This document shows positions 25,051-34,886 of a DNA stretch of 43,054 nt, one piece after another (positions within the stretch are counted from its first letter, which is position 1; each line of letters opens with the position of its first letter). A program made the translations under genes and the position numbers. A model generated the notes under the pieces. It saw only the letters and a program-made list of their open reading frames with translations. It had not been told where the DNA came from and ran no database searches. The stretch covers positions 1 through 43,054 of the forward strand of contig CAZOVJ010000002.1 in NCBI GenBank assembly GCA_964583685.1. Direction: 5' to 3'. This stretch comes from an uncultured Gammaproteobacteria bacterium. GTDB lineage: Bacteria > Patescibacteriota > Microgenomatia > UBA8517.

Positions 25051-26280
25051 ATGGTTCAACCGCCATTAGCTGATAGATTAAGGCCTAAAAAGCTTAGTGA
25101 ATTCGTTGGCCAAAAGCATTTGGTCGGCAAAGAAAAAATTATTAGAAAACTTCTTAGTAATGCTGAATCCAGCGGCCCGCCTGCCGGCGAGGCAGGCTTT
25201 TTCCCTTCCTTAATCTTTTGGGGTCCTCCGGGAAGCGGCAAAACAACCCTGGCTAAAATAATTGCCAATAGATTGAAAAGAGATTTTTATGAGTTCTCGG
25301 CTGTCAATACTTCAATCAAAGATATTGAAGAAATAATTAACAAATCTATTGCCGCCCAGGAAACTCAACAAATACCACTTGTTGCTAAAGGTCTTGCCCC
25401 CATCATTCTTATCGATGAAATTCATAGATTCAACAAGGCTCAACAAGACAAGCTTCTTCCTTATGTCGAAAGGGGAAACATAATCTTAATAGGTTCCACA
25501 ACGGAAAATCCTTCTTTTGAAATAATCGGGCCAATGCTTTCTCGATGCAGAATCCTTACTCTTGAACAACTAAAGGAAAAGGATTTGGAAAAAATTATGG
25601 AAAGAGCCACTAAATATCTCTCAGTCAACTTAGCAAAAAACTCAAAAAAGTTTCTTGTAGAATCCGCCAATGGCGATGCCCGGGTTTTATTGAATGTTTT
25701 GGAAATCGCCTCAAATATAACCAAGGTTGGTAAAAGAATCACGTTTAAGAATTTGGAGGAAGCACTCCAAAAAAGACAGTTGACTTTTGACAGACAAGGC
25801 GAAGAATTCTATAACGTCATCAGTGCCTTCATTAAATCCATGCGGGCAAGCAACATCGATGCCGCTCTTTATTACCTAGCCAGAATGGTTGAAGCCGGAC
25901 AAGACCCGCTTTATATTGCCAGGCGAATGGTTATCTTCGCCAGTGAAGATATTGGCATGGCTCAACCCACAGCCTTGGTAGTGGCCAACGAAGTTTTCAG
26001 AGCCTGTGAAATAATTGGTTACCCCGAATGCGCCATTAACCTAGCTCACGGAACAGTTTATTTGGCAAAAGCAGCCAAAAACCGCTCTGCTTATAATGCT
26101 TATTTTGAGGCAGTGGCTGACGTCCGAAAACATGGCAATCTACCCGTTCCCAAAAACCTAAGAAACCCCGTTACCAAACTGATGAAGGCAGAAGGCTATG
26201 GTGAAGGCTACGACCCCTATACCAAAGAATCCCTCCTGCCGGAAAAATTAAAAGATAAAAAGTATTACAAAGAAGAATAG
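25051..26280 (+). CDS. rarA: Replication-associated recombination protein A (RarA/MgsA)
   Basis: LADRLRP, GPPGSGKTT and DEIHRFNK motifs, an arginine sensor, and the C-terminal MgsA domain (DPLYIARR, NAPTKLMK-like NPVTKLMK). Start chosen at ATG 25051. The ORF track starts at 25006 with TTG. Confidence 0.9.
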   Translation: MVQPPLADRLRPKKLSEFVGQKHLVGKEKIIRKLLSNAESSGPPAGEAGFFPSLIFWGPPGSGKTTLAKIIANRLKRDFYEFSAVNTSIKDIEEIINKSIAAQETQQIPLVAKGLAPIILIDEIHRFNKAQQDKLLPYVERGNIILIGSTTENPSFEIIGPMLSRCRILTLEQLKEKDLEKIMERATKYLSVNLAKNSKKFLVESANGDARVLLNVLEIASNITKVGKRITFKNLEEALQKRQLTFDRQGEEFYNVISAFIKSMRASNIDAALYYLARMVEAGQDPLYIARRMVIFASEDIGMAQPTALVVANEVFRACEIIGYPECAINLAHGTVYLAKAAKNRSAYNAYFEAVADVRKHGNLPVPKNLRNPVTKLMKAEGYGEGYDPYTKESLLPEKLKDKKYYKEE

Positions 26281-26363
26281 CCCTTTTCTACTCCTTTCTG
26301 GAAATCCTGCTTCTCAACGCTTCAACAAAGCTAATGAAAGAGCTGTGATAAGATAGAAACAAT

Positions 26364-26765
26364 ATGAGAATCCCGAATGAAGTAAGAGATTTTTTTGAAT
26401 CAGTGTCAATAATGGCATTTTCTACAACAGATAAAAACGGAACTCCGAATGTCGTGGCAATTGGCTCAAAAAAGATTGTTAATAAAGATACAATTTGGGT
26501 AATTGACACCTTTTTTAAGAAAACAAAGAAAAACTTTTTACAGAACAATAAGGTAGCAATTGCTATGTGGAAGGGACTCAAGGGTTACCAAATTAAGGGG
26601 AGAGTAAAAAGGTATCACTCTAAAGGAGAAATATATGATGAAGCTAAAAAGTGGATATTGAAATTGAAACCAAATAAAATTGTCAAAGGTGTTGTAGAAA
26701 TAAAAGCCACTGAAGTTTACTCAATTACCCCAACTTATAATGAAGCGGGTAAAAGAATTATATGA
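26364..26765 (+). CDS. Pyridoxamine 5'-phosphate oxidase-like FMN-binding split-barrel protein
   Basis: AFSTTDKNGTPNVVAIGS...VAIAMW...GYQIKGRV pattern. Confidence 0.6.
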   Translation: MRIPNEVRDFFESVSIMAFSTTDKNGTPNVVAIGSKKIVNKDTIWVIDTFFKKTKKNFLQNNKVAIAMWKGLKGYQIKGRVKRYHSKGEIYDEAKKWILKLKPNKIVKGVVEIKATEVYSITPTYNEAGKRII

Positions 26766-26988
26766 GAAAAAATGCTCTCGTTGGAAAAAGGTCTGGTCTA
26801 AACTTACAATCACCCCATGGAAATACAACTAATTCTAAGCCATAAAACAAAAGAGCTTGGAGTAGAAAAATTCTCTCTTAACCTTAACCTTCTTTATCCA
26901 GAAAAAAACAATAGAGAAAAATTTGAAACAAGATGGAAACAATTCCGGTATTGTAAACGATAGATTTATTTGTTAATATAATCTCTAT

Positions 26989-27372
26989 ATGGCAGAGGAA
27001 GTATCTGGAAAAGACCAACAGGCAGCCCATCCAGAGAGAGGAAAAGTCTATTTTGGAGATGGAACCTTGGATAGAATTATGCGAGAACAGGGTTGGATAA
27101 TGGCAGGAGATATTTTTGGGGAAGATGGACAAATAATCCCTTTTAATAAACCAGAAGGGGTCAAGGTTGTAGAGATAAAACCTTTTGATCTTCCAAAGGG
27201 GATACTAAATAACTTTATTTGTTACGATCCTCAATTGGCAGAAGTAAGAAAAGTTGATTGGCATCAAGAAGGAAAAGCTATAGCTGGTCAATTACTACAA
27301 GAAGGGTGGCGTCTTATGGATAGCAATAAAGAAAGAGGAGTTCTTGTTCGGAGTATTCCCCAAGGGAAATAA
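26989..27372 (+). CDS. Hypothetical protein
   Basis: 127-aa ORF with no recognisable motifs and reasonable composition. Confidence 0.35.
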   Translation: MAEEVSGKDQQAAHPERGKVYFGDGTLDRIMREQGWIMAGDIFGEDGQIIPFNKPEGVKVVEIKPFDLPKGILNNFICYDPQLAEVRKVDWHQEGKAIAGQLLQEGWRLMDSNKERGVLVRSIPQGK

Positions 27373-27388
27373 CTTTCTTTTATCAACA

Positions 27389-28621
27389 CTACGGGGTAAT
27401 CCTATCTTTACCAACCCACTTTTGAAGCACTTTGGGAATAACAATTGAGCCGTCTTTTTGTTGGTAGTTCTCCAATATGGCAATAATTGTCCTGCCAATA
27501 GCGAAGGCTGTTCCGTTCAAGGTATAGACAAAATCTGTTTTGCCTTTTTCTCGATATTTAATATTCAGTCTTCTTGCTTGAAAATCAGTTGTATTAGAAG
27601 TTGAGGTTACTTCTCTATACTTGCCTTGTCCGGGCATCCAAGCTTCCAAATCATATTTTCTGGCCGCAGGTGCACCTAGATCTCCGCTACACATCTTGAC
27701 TATCTGATAAGGAATCTCTAAAGCTTGGAAAAGCTTCTCTTCTAAAGAAAGCAGGTATTCGTGCTCCTTGTCAGAATCTTCAGGCCGGGTATAAGAGAAC
27801 ATTTCCACTTTATCAAACTGGTGCACCCTTAAAATCCCCCGTGTGTCTTTACCGTAGGTTCCAGCCTCTCGTCTTAAACAAGCAGAAAATCCAAGATATC
27901 TTTTTGGTAAATCCTTGGCCTGAAAAACCTCGCCCGCGTGCATTGGCCCAATTGACTGCTCAGAAGTGCCGACTAAAACCAAGCTATCTTTATCCAAAAT
28001 ATACATATCCTCTTTTCCTCCATGTTCCATATAACCCATCCCCTCCATCGATTCTTTTTTAATTAAAACCGGCGGGACAATTGGAATAAATCCTTCTTTT
28101 GTCAGAGTTTCGAAAGCGTATTGCACTAGGCCGAATTCAAGAAGGACAGCATCACCTTTTAAATAACCAAAACGGGTCCCTGAAACCTTGGCTGCTCGCT
28201 TGACATCAATAATGTCTAATGCTTCTCCTAGTTCCAAATGATCTTTGGCCTTGAAGTCAAACTTTCCTTGCTCACCCCATTGGCGCAAAACTTCATTTTC
28301 AGCCTCATCTTTACCAAGGAAAACATCCTCTGCCGGAAGATTTGGAATCAGATAAAGGGCTTCTTTATACTCATTTTTGATTTTTGCCAATTCTGGTTCT
28401 TTATTTTGAAGCTCCTTTTTTACTTTCCTTCCTCCTTCAACGTCTTTTTCTTTAGCTAGCTTATTTCTCCTGGCTCTAAGTTTTTCAACCTCCTCCAAGA
28501 GACTGCGTCTCTTTTTATCCAAATCCAAGACCTTGTCAACCATCTCAGGGTCAAGGCCTTTAGCTCCAACTCCCTTTTTAACTTTTTCTGGATTTTTTCG
28601 AATAAAGTCAATATCAAGCAT
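27389..28621 (-). CDS. serS: Seryl-tRNA synthetase
   Basis: N-terminal coiled-coil arm plus the class II core (RREAG, GTAFAIGRT motifs). Confidence 0.95.
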   Translation of the reverse strand: MLDIDFIRKNPEKVKKGVGAKGLDPEMVDKVLDLDKKRRSLLEEVEKLRARRNKLAKEKDVEGGRKVKKELQNKEPELAKIKNEYKEALYLIPNLPAEDVFLGKDEAENEVLRQWGEQGKFDFKAKDHLELGEALDIIDVKRAAKVSGTRFGYLKGDAVLLEFGLVQYAFETLTKEGFIPIVPPVLIKKESMEGMGYMEHGGKEDMYILDKDSLVLVGTSEQSIGPMHAGEVFQAKDLPKRYLGFSACLRREAGTYGKDTRGILRVHQFDKVEMFSYTRPEDSDKEHEYLLSLEEKLFQALEIPYQIVKMCSGDLGAPAARKYDLEAWMPGQGKYREVTSTSNTTDFQARRLNIKYREKGKTDFVYTLNGTAFAIGRTIIAILENYQQKDGSIVIPKVLQKWVGKDRITP

Positions 28622-28622
28622 T

Positions 28623-29189
28623 TTATAATCCTAAATTCTCTGCAATTGATTGCATAGCCCCAAGAGCAATTTTGATAAATTGCTTCAAAGGAATTTCCAG
28701 GCGCAGCTCACATTCTTCAATCTGTTCCCTTTTGACGCCGCTGGCAAAGGATTTCTGGCCCCATTTTTTCAAAATCGAATCAACAGTAATTGAAGCCAGT
28801 TTTTTATCTGGATGAACCAGGGTAACGGCAACAATAAAACCAGTCAACTCATCACAACAATACAAAGACCATTCAAGATTATTTTTAGGTAGGTTTTGTC
28901 CCGTGTGGGCATAGTTATGTGATAAAATTGCGCTAATTATTTCCTCATCAGTTTCGCCCACTTCTTTCAACCAACCAACAGTCATCAGGGTATGTTTTTT
29001 CGGCTTATCTTTTGTCATTTCATAATCAGCATCGTGTAAAAGACCAACAATGCCCCACTTCTCTTCATCTTCCCCGAAACGTCTGGCTAAGGCTCTCATC
29101 ACCGCTTCAACAGCATAACAATGCCGCCTTAAATTCTGATTCTCCATATGTCCATGCAAAAGCTCGAGGGCTTGCTCTCTGGTAATCAT
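28623..29189 (-). CDS. HD-domain phosphohydrolase
   Basis: H...HD motif (RRHCYAVE...GLLHDADYE). Confidence 0.7.
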   Translation of the reverse strand: MITREQALELLHGHMENQNLRRHCYAVEAVMRALARRFGEDEEKWGIVGLLHDADYEMTKDKPKKHTLMTVGWLKEVGETDEEIISAILSHNYAHTGQNLPKNNLEWSLYCCDELTGFIVAVTLVHPDKKLASITVDSILKKWGQKSFASGVKREQIEECELRLEIPLKQFIKIALGAMQSIAENLGL

Positions 29190-30646
29190 TTTTCTGGCCT
29201 AAGAGTAGGGAAAAGAATCGTTTCTTTTATAGTATGTTTGTCAGTTAAAATGGCCGTAAAGCGGTCAATTCCCAATCCCCAGCCGGCTGTTGGTGGCATG
29301 CCATATTCCAAAGCTCGAATATAGTCTTCATCCAATACCTGGTATTCTTCGGCACCAGCTTTAGCTCGTTTCATGTCTTCTTGCCAACGTTCTTTCTGGT
29401 CTTGGGGGTCGTTAAGCTCTGAATAAGCGTTTGTAAGCTCTGCTCCAACAGCTATTAATTGGACACTTTCGACTTTGGAAGGATTATCTTCATGCCTTTT
29501 TGCTAAAGGTTTCATTGAATAAGGATGGTCAATAATAAATGTTGGTTTAAGAATATTCGGCCTGACAACTATTTTGTAAAGCGCATCCAAAATACTAGGG
29601 ATGTCTCTTGTTTTGTCCAGCTTCACCTTAATCTTTTTTTCCTTAACGGCTTTCTTTAACTTATTAACTGTCTCCTGCTTATCAATGTCAATGCCTGTCC
29701 GTTCTAGAACCGCATCTCGAAAGGCCAGTCTTTTCCAGGGTCTTGAAAAATCAATCTCCGACTTTCCATATTTGACCTTTAAAGAACCGGTAACCTTCTT
29801 AACAATTCCGGAAAGCATGTCCTCTGTCATCTCCATCAAATCCTTATAATCAGCGTAAGCCCAGTAAAACTCAAGCTGACTAAATTCTGGATTATGCCAG
29901 CGATCAATGCCCTCATTCCTAAAATCCGGGCAAATTTCGTAGATCTTCTCAAAACCTCCCACTATAAGTCGCTTGAGGTACAGTTCGTCGGCAATTCTCA
30001 AATAGAGGTCAATATCTAAAGCATTATGATGAGTGATAAAAGGCTTGGCAGTTGCACCACCATAAATTGGTTGCAGGGCTGGAGTTTTCACTTCTAAAAA
30101 GCCATGCTCGTCTAAATATTTTCTTAGAAGCTTAATAATCTGGGCTCTTTTTTCAAAAACCTGCCTGACTTCTTTATTTAGTAAAAGGTCAAGATAACGC
30201 TGGCGGTAGCGTTCCTCAATATCTTTAAAACCATGCCATTTACTGGGAAGAGGACGAGTCGTTTTAGTTAAAACCTGAAATTTCTCAACATCAACAGTCA
30301 CTTCTCCTGCTTTTGTTTTAAAAACCTTCCCCTTTACTAGAATAAAGTCGCCGATGTCTAAAAGCTTTAATAGACTAAACTGCTCACCTAGATTTTTCTT
30401 TTGGAAAAAAAGCTGAATCTTACCAGTTTCATCTTTAAGGTCGGCAAAAACAGAACCCCCATGCTCTCTCCAGGCCCAAATCCTAGCGGCAATAACAACC
30501 TTTTCCCCCATTTTTTTTCTAGCACCAGAAATAGCTTCTGGTTTCTCATCAACTTTTGAAGGGTAAGGGTTTATTCCTAATTGCCTTAATTTTCTAACTT
30601 TTCCCTGACGAATCTTACGGATTTTCGCCAGTCTTCCCACTGCCAT
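29186..30646 (-). CDS. lysS: Lysyl-tRNA synthetase, class II
   Basis: OB-fold N-terminal domain, then class II motifs (FRNEG, GWGLGIDR). Confidence 0.95.
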   Translation of the reverse strand: MAVGRLAKIRKIRQGKVRKLRQLGINPYPSKVDEKPEAISGARKKMGEKVVIAARIWAWREHGGSVFADLKDETGKIQLFFQKKNLGEQFSLLKLLDIGDFILVKGKVFKTKAGEVTVDVEKFQVLTKTTRPLPSKWHGFKDIEERYRQRYLDLLLNKEVRQVFEKRAQIIKLLRKYLDEHGFLEVKTPALQPIYGGATAKPFITHHNALDIDLYLRIADELYLKRLIVGGFEKIYEICPDFRNEGIDRWHNPEFSQLEFYWAYADYKDLMEMTEDMLSGIVKKVTGSLKVKYGKSEIDFSRPWKRLAFRDAVLERTGIDIDKQETVNKLKKAVKEKKIKVKLDKTRDIPSILDALYKIVVRPNILKPTFIIDHPYSMKPLAKRHEDNPSKVESVQLIAVGAELTNAYSELNDPQDQKERWQEDMKRAKAGAEEYQVLDEDYIRALEYGMPPTAGWGLGIDRFTAILTDKHTIKETILFPTLRPEK

Positions 30647-30667
30647 GGATTAAGTATAAGCTTGAAG

Positions 30668-31135
30668 CTATTCTATGGCAAGAATTTCGTAAACAACTTT
30701 ACCGGCCGGGGCTTCTATCTCCACTCGGTCACCTACTCTTTTACCAATCAAAACCTTACCCAGGGGAGACTGGTGGGAAATCTTATTATTCTTCGGATCA
30801 GCTTCCCATTCTCCAACAACACGGTAAATTTGCTGCCTGTCCTTAATCTTCAGACTTACTTTAACGCCGACAACAACATGACTATTTTTTCTTTTACTTT
30901 TGACAATCTGGGCATTCTTTAATACCTGTCTCAACTCGCTAATCCTTCCATCTAAAAACTCTAGTTCGTCCTTGGCATTCGTATAATCACTATTCTCCGC
31001 CAAATCACCCTCTTCTCGAGCACGAGACAGCCGCTCGACCATCTTAGGTCTTTTTTCATTAACCAGCTTGGCGAGCTCTTTAGTAAGAGAGTTAAACCCC
31101 TCTCTAGTAATTTGTACCTTCCTATGTTTATCCAT
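30668..31135 (-). CDS. greA: Transcription elongation factor GreA
   Basis: Coiled-coil N-terminus with the acidic tip (DLAENSDY) and an FKBP-like C-terminal domain. Confidence 0.9.
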   Translation of the reverse strand: MDKHRKVQITREGFNSLTKELAKLVNEKRPKMVERLSRAREEGDLAENSDYTNAKDELEFLDGRISELRQVLKNAQIVKSKRKNSHVVVGVKVSLKIKDRQQIYRVVGEWEADPKNNKISHQSPLGKVLIGKRVGDRVEIEAPAGKVVYEILAIE

Positions 31136-31284
31136 TTTCGCTCTCCCTAAAAAGACAAACCCCCGCTCTTCTCAATGAAGATTTCGCAAATAAATAACAA
31201 GGGTGTTTCTTCTATGAAGATTCTAACGATATTGGGTAGTTTATCTCTTTAATAAAATTTTGTCAATGACATCCTCCCCATATA

Positions 31285-31992
31285 TTAAAATCTTTTGGTT
31301 TGGTAAGTGTAGCCACTTTGTGATCTTTTCAAATAAATGCTTTTAAGCCAACAATAAATTGTTTGCCAGTAGCCAGCCTTATCAAATCCCCTTGAAGAAT
31401 AGTGAATAAGCATCCCGGGATTAAAAACACCCTTGTGCCTGCCAGATTGCCAAAATTTTCGAGTCAACCAATAGTCCTCAGCCACAAAAGGCTCCCAGCC
31501 ACCAAGCCGCCAAAAAAACTTTTTTCTGATTGCCAAATTATTACCCACCAAATAAAGCCGTGAGAAAAAGAAATTCAAAATTAAGACATTAAAATAAACG
31601 GCCAGGGTATAAAGGTTATACCAAACTTTTTTGATTAAGCTTTTATGGGTAAGGAGATTTAATCCTGAAACAGCCACTACATCCCGGTCAGATAGAGCTT
31701 TCTTGCTTTCTTTTAACCAATTTTTGGATAAAATCCCGTCTGCATCAATAAAGCAAAAAACGTCTCCCCTGGCCATTTCCGCCCCCTTGTTTCTGGCATA
31801 ACTTATCCCCCTTCTGGCTTCTTTATAAACCCTGCATCCCAATTTTCGAGCTATTTTGGCGGTCCGATCGCTGCTACCATTATCAACAACAACAATCTCG
31901 TCGCTAGACCCAATCTGTACCTGAATAGATTTAACACATTCAGCCAGATAGTCCTCTTCATTTAAGGCGGGGATAATAAAGGAAAACTTCAT
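31285..31992 (-). CDS. Family 2 glycosyltransferase
   Basis: SFIIPALNEE, VVDNGSSDRT and IDAD (DxD) motifs. Start chosen at ATG 31992. Confidence 0.8.
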   Translation of the reverse strand: MKFSFIIPALNEEDYLAECVKSIQVQIGSSDEIVVVDNGSSDRTAKIARKLGCRVYKEARRGISYARNKGAEMARGDVFCFIDADGILSKNWLKESKKALSDRDVVAVSGLNLLTHKSLIKKVWYNLYTLAVYFNVLILNFFFSRLYLVGNNLAIRKKFFWRLGGWEPFVAEDYWLTRKFWQSGRHKGVFNPGMLIHYSSRGFDKAGYWQTIYCWLKSIYLKRSQSGYTYQTKRF

Positions 31993-32033
31993 AAACAAAT
32001 TATATCCCAAGCATATATAATAACTGCCAAGAA

Positions 32034-34301
32034 ATGAAGAAACTAATTTTTCTACTCTTTGCCCTTTCCGGAGCAGTAGGGCTCACCTACCAAATTGTCT
32101 GGGCGCGTCTCTTGGTTTTAGTTTTCGGCAACACTACCCATTCCCTGACAATCATACTTTCAGTCTTCATGGCTGGTTTGGCTAGCGGGGCTGCAGTCTT
32201 TGGTTTTATTTCAGACAAACTAAAAAAACATATCAAAGTCTGGGGTATTTTAGAAATACTCATCGGAATTAATGCTTTTTTTATGCTTTATTCCCTACCT
32301 TATATAAAGGAAATATATATGCCCTTTATGTCTGCTTCAAAATTTCTCCTCACTGCCGCCATAATCTTCCCGGCCACATTTTTTATGGGCGGAACCCTGC
32401 CTTTACTTATTAAGGCATTTTCCTTGGGGAAAAAAGATGTTGCTACTGAAACTTCAAAACTTTATTTCTTCAATACCTTTGGAGCTTTTGCCGGCACCCT
32501 GGTTTCTGCCTTTGTCTTGATAGAACTCTTTGGTCTGAGAACATCTGCACTTATCGGTGTTTTTATCAACATTGGCATCGGCATCCTTGCCCTGTTCTGT
32601 ATCAATCTAGAGAAAGAAAAAGCTCAGATATCTTATTTAGAAACAGAGGAAGAGAAAACCTCAAATATAATTCCTAGTAAATATAATTTACCGAAAATAC
32701 TCTTTGTTCTGTTTGCTTTCTTTTTATCCGGAGCAATTTCTCTTTCCTACGAAATTCTCTGGACCAGGCTACTCATTCCCTCATTGGGAACTTTTGTCTA
32801 CGCATTCTCCCTTATTCTCTCTTTGATTCTGTTGGGAATTAGCCTTGGGTCTGCCTTGACAAAATATCTCATCCCCAAAACTCCTTATAAACTTTTCCTC
32901 CTCGGTAGTATTGAGTTTGGCATAGGATTCTTTGCCATCCTCTCCTTGCTCGCCAGTGGTAGTTCCATCAAGTTAGCCAGTAGCCTAAAACTCCTGGCAA
33001 TACTTCTACCTGCCTCTTTACTCATGGGAACAACCTTTCCTGTTGTCAGCTCTTTGTTTAATAATCCTAAGCGCAGCGGAAGCAATATAGGCGGGGCCTA
33101 TGCAGCCAATACTGCTGGCTCAATTATCGGACCAGTTGTAACCGGCTTTTTCTTAATACCCTATATTGGGACCTCAAACAGCTTGATTACACTTGCCCTC
33201 TTGAATATCACCTTGGGAGCAATCCTCGTCATTCTGGAAAATAAAAAATTCTTTTTTCTCTTATCGCTAAGTTTTGTAGCCTTCTTTTTCCTGACTTTAA
33301 TTCTTACTAAAAAATCGCCAAGTCTCTTTATTGAAAAAAGTTTGGCCGACAGAATCGCTTCCTACCAACAAAAAGGGTGGTCTTACCAACTTCTTGAAGA
33401 CGAGGTGGCAACAACTCTGGCTTTTGGTAGTCAGAGTCCATCACCTGACGAAAAGGGACTGATTATTGATGGAGTACAGACAACAAGTCTGACTTTACAA
33501 ACAAAACTCTTGGCCCACCTTCCTTTGCTAGTCCACAGTAATCCTCAAGATGTTCTGATTGTTGCCTTTGGTATGGGTACTACTTTCAGGTCAGCTCTGG
33601 CTTATGAGGTGAATGTTGACGCTGTCGAACTTGTATCATCGGTTCCCAAAACCTTTCCTCTTTTTTACTCAGATGCCCAGTCGGTTCTGGAAAACCCAAG
33701 GGGCCATATTTATATTAATGATGGCCGAAACTATGTTCTTTTTTCCCAAAAACAATATGACATCATCGTGGTTGACCCGCCCCCACCAATTAATGCGGCT
33801 GGAACAACTGTTCTTTATTCAAAAGAATTTTATCAAGATGCCAAAAAAATTCTCAAAAAGGGAGGTATTTTTGTCCAATGGTTTTGGTATGGGGCCAGTG
33901 CAGAAGATTTCAAAATGCTCTTCGCCAGCTTCCAGGAAGTCTTTCCCAATATCCTTGTTGCCGTCTCACCAGAAGGAACCGGTGTCTTTTTCCTCGGTTC
34001 AGAAACGCCTCTAAAAATCAATAAAGAAAATCTTGCTCAAAGGTATAACGGTAAAGTCTATCAAGACCTTAATGAGTGGAATAAAGAAGCATTTACTCTA
34101 GACAAACTTCTCGGATTTTTTGTTGGTAATGAAAAGACGGTCAAGCGATTTGTCGGTCAAACCCCAGCAGTGACCGATGATTTACCAAGAACTGAATACT
34201 TTTACTTACGCCACAAATTCCGACCGCTGGCCAATATCTCGGCCGACTGGGTCCACCCCATCGACCCGGAGTTTGATAAAGAACTGGGTATTCGGAGATG
34301 A
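32034..34301 (+). CDS. Fused polytopic membrane / spermidine synthase-like protein
   Basis: About 12 TM helices, then VLIVAFGMGTT, VELVSSV, INDGRNYV and DIIVVDPPPP (spermidine-synthase fold). Confidence 0.8.
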   Translation: MKKLIFLLFALSGAVGLTYQIVWARLLVLVFGNTTHSLTIILSVFMAGLASGAAVFGFISDKLKKHIKVWGILEILIGINAFFMLYSLPYIKEIYMPFMSASKFLLTAAIIFPATFFMGGTLPLLIKAFSLGKKDVATETSKLYFFNTFGAFAGTLVSAFVLIELFGLRTSALIGVFINIGIGILALFCINLEKEKAQISYLETEEEKTSNIIPSKYNLPKILFVLFAFFLSGAISLSYEILWTRLLIPSLGTFVYAFSLILSLILLGISLGSALTKYLIPKTPYKLFLLGSIEFGIGFFAILSLLASGSSIKLASSLKLLAILLPASLLMGTTFPVVSSLFNNPKRSGSNIGGAYAANTAGSIIGPVVTGFFLIPYIGTSNSLITLALLNITLGAILVILENKKFFFLLSLSFVAFFFLTLILTKKSPSLFIEKSLADRIASYQQKGWSYQLLEDEVATTLAFGSQSPSPDEKGLIIDGVQTTSLTLQTKLLAHLPLLVHSNPQDVLIVAFGMGTTFRSALAYEVNVDAVELVSSVPKTFPLFYSDAQSVLENPRGHIYINDGRNYVLFSQKQYDIIVVDPPPPINAAGTTVLYSKEFYQDAKKILKKGGIFVQWFWYGASAEDFKMLFASFQEVFPNILVAVSPEGTGVFFLGSETPLKINKENLAQRYNGKVYQDLNEWNKEAFTLDKLLGFFVGNEKTVKRFVGQTPAVTDDLPRTEYFYLRHKFRPLANISADWVHPIDPEFDKELGIRR

Positions 34302-34343
34302 GAAGCAAGTGCCTAGCAAGGGGGTCCCCTTACTTCTCATCTC
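34294..34343. terminator. Nested hairpin between convergent genes (11-bp outer stem GAGATGAGAAG / CTTCTCATCTC, inner GGGG/CCCC stem)
   Basis: Read directly. The left arm overlaps the TGA stop at 34299-34301. Confidence 0.5.
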
Positions 34344-34352
34344 TATTTCTAT

Positions 34353-34673
34353 TCAATTGTTCTGTGCCTCGCTAGTTGGGATCAGCTCCTCCGGATGCAT
34401 TCCGACCTCGCCCGGCTGCTTCTTTGCCTCCTCCATCTTCACCATACCCTTGGCGGCATATCTAGTGAGGAAGGCGAAGGCCAGGTCAATCGGGACAAAC
34501 ACCCAATCGCCGGTGGCGAAGGCCAGTACGACTAGCAACAGCGCGCCTATGGTGGCGATGCGGAGGCCCGGATCCAGAGGATCGTCTCGAAATAACATGG
34601 CCAGAAAGATCCAGTAGACCAGCGCCCAGTGCAGACAGATCATGAACGTACTAACAGTCCAACTGGCGTCCAT
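34353..34673 (-). CDS. Small three-TM membrane protein in a GC-rich patch, likely foreign
   Basis: A canonical AAGGAGG lies 6 nt upstream of the ATG. It has hydrophobic helices and is visibly GC-richer than its flanks. Confidence 0.6.
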   Translation of the reverse strand: MDASWTVSTFMICLHWALVYWIFLAMLFRDDPLDPGLRIATIGALLLVVLAFATGDWVFVPIDLAFAFLTRYAAKGMVKMEEAKKQPGEVGMHPEELIPTSEAQNN

Positions 34674-34886
34674 AGTCTTCCTCCTTTATGGACTGCGGGG
34701 GCGAGAAAGTTACTGCACAAGAGAACTAAATACCCAAAGCAATGATGGGTATCCTCAAGCTCGCAATCACTTCCTGACCCTATTTTAAAGAATAATCTAT
34801 TGACATATTAGCAAAATTTCTTGGGAAAATCAATATTATAAGGCTTCTTTGTATTTAGCTAGGAAATAGGCTAAAATAAGCCTTGC

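Noticed and set aside
34177-34617. 146-aa plus-strand ORF across the GC-rich patch
   Set aside because: It starts inside the 755-aa gene in another frame. The peptide is low-complexity and Ser/Pro/Arg-rich, as expected for a shadow ORF in GC-rich DNA. The opposite-strand ORF has a canonical RBS and TM helices.
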